Source: an uncultured Chthonomonadaceae bacterium
GTDB taxonomy: Bacteria > Armatimonadota > Chthonomonadetes > Chthonomonadales > Chthonomonadaceae
Assembly: GCA_963835065.1 (NCBI GenBank)
Contig: CAWIEK010000011.1
Span: 32,001-96,000 of the forward strand
DNA: 64,000 nucleotides
Reading direction: 5' to 3'
The notes beneath the pieces were generated by a model. That model ran no database searches and was not told where the DNA came from. It saw only the letters and a list, made by a program, of their open reading frames with translations. The position numbers and the translations under genes were made by a program. Every line of letters starts with the position of its first letter. Position 1 is the first letter of the stretch. Positions 61,128 through 64,000 of this stretch are shown one piece after another.

Positions 61128-62027
61128 ATGAAAATGCAGGTTGCTTCTCTGGTGGGGAAAGCGCCGCGCCGCATGGCGGGCGTGGCGAAACGGAAACTAT
61201 ATACCTCCCTGTGGCAGGTAGAACATTCCATGACAAGGCGGCGGGAAGGTACGCAAGTGGACGAGCGACAAGCCTCGTGGGTGGCGTCCCTGCAAAACCG
61301 GCTGCCCAACAGCGGGCCGATTCCGATTGACATGGATGCGATGGACCCCGATTCGGTCATTGAGGCCGCGCAGGACGTGCGCAAACGGCAGACATTGGTG
61401 GAAGGTTTTGAGGGACTGGCGCTGGACGACGCGCTGGTTTATACCAACGCTTACAAAGATATGAGCTTCTTTCCGCTCACGCAGGCCATTGCGCAGATTT
61501 GCCGCACCGCCCGTAACGCGCCCCTGACATCCGTGCTGGAGTTGGGCTGCGGCAGCGGGCACATGCGCCGCTTCTTCGAGTCGTTCGGCGCAAGCGATTA
61601 TCTGGGCGTGGACGCCAATCCGATTGCCTTTCGCCATAGCTGCCATATCGTCGGGTATGAGGAATACTATCGCCTGCTGAACCTGCAGGAAGAGATCAAC
61701 TTTGCCGCCGAATTCGATCTGGTCTGCACGTTCGAGGTGCTGGAACACATTCACACAGACCGGCTGGACGGGATGCTGGCGACGATCCGCAACCACATGC
61801 GCCCCGACTCGCTGTTCATCGGCACGGCGTCTCTGGTAGCGGATTTCGACGTGCATATCACCGTTCATTCCCGCGAGTGGTGGCTGCAGCGGTTCGCCAA
61901 GCACGGGCTTGTGCCGCATCCCGATCAGGAGGGCGCGATCCGCCTGCTGGCGCGTAACCATCCTTTCAATTGGAACGGGCAGAACACCAATCTGTTTGTG
62001 CTGCAAATGGGGGAGGATGCAAGCTGA
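61128..62027 (+). CDS. Class I SAM-dependent methyltransferase
   Basis: VLELGCGSG and FDLVCTFEVLEHI. Confidence 0.85.
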   Translation: MKMQVASLVGKAPRRMAGVAKRKLYTSLWQVEHSMTRRREGTQVDERQASWVASLQNRLPNSGPIPIDMDAMDPDSVIEAAQDVRKRQTLVEGFEGLALDDALVYTNAYKDMSFFPLTQAIAQICRTARNAPLTSVLELGCGSGHMRRFFESFGASDYLGVDANPIAFRHSCHIVGYEEYYRLLNLQEEINFAAEFDLVCTFEVLEHIHTDRLDGMLATIRNHMRPDSLFIGTASLVADFDVHITVHSREWWLQRFAKHGLVPHPDQEGAIRLLARNHPFNWNGQNTNLFVLQMGEDAS

Positions 62028-62028
62028 C

Positions 62029-62998
62029 ATGCGGGAAACACGCGAGTTTTTTACGGGCAAGCGCGTTCTGGTGACGGGCGCATCCGGCTTTGTCGGGCGC
62101 AATCTGGTTCCCATGCTGGAGCGGATTGACTGCGAGTTGATAACCCCCTCCCGACGGGATTACGACCTGCTGGAGCAGTATCAGGTACGCGCCATGCTTG
62201 CCGACACGCGCCCCGATGTGGTTCTGCACCTGGCCGGGCTTGATCGGCGGCATCATGGCGAACAAGCAGCGCCCCGCCGACTTTTGCACGCAAAACCTGC
62301 TGATGGGCACGATGATGCTGCACGAGTCATGGCAGGCGGGCGTATCGAAATACATCACGCTGATGGGCGGATGCAGTTACCCGGCTCACGCCCCCTCTCC
62401 CATCCGCGAGTCCGAATTGTGGAACGGGTATCCGCAGCCGGAAAGCGCCCCGTACTCGCTGGCAAAGGCCATGAGCGCGGTGCAGGCGGAAGCGTACCGG
62501 CGTCAGTATGGGTTTAATGCGGTTGTCTTAGTTCCGGGTAATCTGTACGGCCCCTATGATAACTTCGACCTGACCAACTCGCATGTCATACCCGCGCTCA
62601 TTCGCAAGTTTTCGGAAGCGCGGCGGGATGGACTGCGCGAAATCGTTTCGTGGGGAACCGGACGGGCAACCCGTGACTTCATTTATGCGCAGGACGCCTG
62701 CGAAGCCATTCTGCTCGGCGCGGCTCTTGTCAACAGCAGTGAAATCATCAATCTGTCGTCCGGCAACCCGATCACGATCCGAACGCTGGTGGAAACCATT
62801 GCCGACCTGACCGGCTACCGGGGCGAAATCGTGTGGGACACGAGCAAGCCGGAAGGCCAACTGGAAAAAGGCTTCGATGTCAGCCGGATGCGCGCCATTT
62901 TAGGTTATGACTGCCCAACTCCCTTACGCGCTGGCTTGAAACGCACGATTGAATGGTACGAATGTAATCACGCGACGGCGCGTTTGCTTGCCGCGTAG
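62029..62998 (+). CDS. fcl: GDP-L-fucose synthase family reductase, +1 frameshift near 62238
   Basis: VTGASGFVG...HLA then GGIMAN..P, CSYP, YSLAK, NLYGPYDNF, SHVIPALIRK and WGTG..TRDFIY. Confidence 0.85.
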
Positions 62999-63023
62999 TT
63001 CACCTGTCCCGGAAAATAACCAC

Positions 63024-64000
63024 ATGCCTCCAACTTCTACCCAAACACAACCCATCTCCTTCTTCCAAAGCCACATCGCGCCCGAAGCCATCGAACTGGT
63101 GAATGAAGTGCTGCGCTCCGGTTGGGTGAATGAAGGCGAGATGGTCAAGCGTTTTGAGCGTTCCCTGTCTTCTACGCTTGGGATGCGCCATCCCGTAACC
63201 GTGAACAGTGGAACCGCTTCGCTGCATCTCGCGCTGGCACTGGCGAATGTCGGGCCGGGAGATGAAGTGATTTTGCCCGCGCAAACGTTCATGGCGACCG
63301 GGCTGGCGATTCTGATGCAGCGCGCCACGCCCATTTTTGCCGATATTGATCCGTACACGGGCAACATCGCGCCCGATTCGATTGAGTCCAAAATCACCTC
63401 CCGCACACGCGCCGTTATGCCGGTGCATTGGGGCGGCTATACGTGCGACCTTGATGAAATCAACACAATTGCGGAACAGCACAATCTGACCGTGATTGAG
63501 GACGCCGCCCATGCGCTGGGCGCGACGTATCGGGGGCAAGTCGTCGGCAACATTTCGCGGTTTACGGCCTTTTCGTTTCAGGCGATCAAGCACCTGACGA
63601 CAGGGGATGGCGGCATGTTGTGCTGCGCGTCGGAAGAGGACGCGAAGCAGGCGGTTATCGGCAGATGGTTCGGCATTGACCGCGCCAACATGCAGAAAAC
63701 CCTGGAAGGCGCGCGGGGCTGCGACGTGTCCACCTTGGGCTACAAGTACCACATGAACAACATCGCGGCAGCCGTAGGCCTGGGCAATTTAATAGATTTT
63801 CCGTCACGCCTGGCGCGTCGGCGTGAAATAGGGGCGTTTTACCGCGCGCAATTGAACAACATAGCGGGCATAGAATTGCTTCAATCTGCACCCGACCGCG
63901 AACACGCCTACTGGCTGTTTACGCTGCTTGTGGAGCGTCGGGAAGATTTCGCGCGCAAACTGGCGGCTCAGGGCATCCCGTGTTCCGTCGTGGACTTCGG
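63024..64000 (+). CDS. DegT/DnrJ/EryC1/StrS sugar aminotransferase (runs off the window)
   Basis: Translated by hand: VNSGTASLHLAL, GPGDEVI, IEDAAHALG, FSFQAIKHLTTGDGG and GYKYHM. Confidence 0.92.
   Translation, partial: MPPTSTQTQPISFFQSHIAPEAIELVNEVLRSGWVNEGEMVKRFERSLSSTLGMRHPVTVNSGTASLHLALALANVGPGDEVILPAQTFMATGLAILMQRATPIFADIDPYTGNIAPDSIESKITSRTRAVMPVHWGGYTCDLDEINTIAEQHNLTVIEDAAHALGATYRGQVVGNISRFTAFSFQAIKHLTTGDGGMLCCASEEDAKQAVIGRWFGIDRANMQKTLEGARGCDVSTLGYKYHMNNIAAAVGLGNLIDFPSRLARRREIGAFYRAQLNNIAGIELLQSAPDREHAYWLFTLLVERREDFARKLAAQGIPCSVVDF

Noticed and set aside
1..64000. tRNA, rRNA, transposase, integrase or prophage genes
   Set aside because: None were recognisable by eye; a covariance-model or HMM scan would be needed to exclude small or divergent ones.

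Overview
A high-GC bacterial chromosomal window. The host is probably a diderm Terrabacterium such as Armatimonadota; this is an inference from LptD-like and PEP-CTERM proteins occurring together with Firmicute-like ffs-dnaX-ybaB-recR and yacL-ispD-ispF gene order. Housekeeping genes (lptD-like, yacL, fused ispDF, pdxS, recR, ybaB, dnaX, SRP RNA) are interleaved with small toxin-antitoxin and defence-like inserts, secreted and PEP-CTERM proteins, and the start of a capsule/EPS locus. Four things stand out. (1) A class III cyclase-STAND NTPase gene stops inside its winged-helix domain and is followed by three separately translated cassettes, each starting with the same 38-aa missing half-domain and then a different TPR array. 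(2) A lipoprotein, beta-barrel and caspase-like protease cluster has the logic of a type V-like pilus. (3) A 3-kb HNH plus AAA/DUF4276 island is bounded by a synonymously recoded 170-bp duplication of a gene's 3' end. (4) A dispersed family of inverted 7/8-mer tandem-array elements is present. About ten genes carry apparent +1 frameshifts, mostly at short homopolymer runs and probably sequencing errors. All calls are by eye from motifs; no database searches were run.
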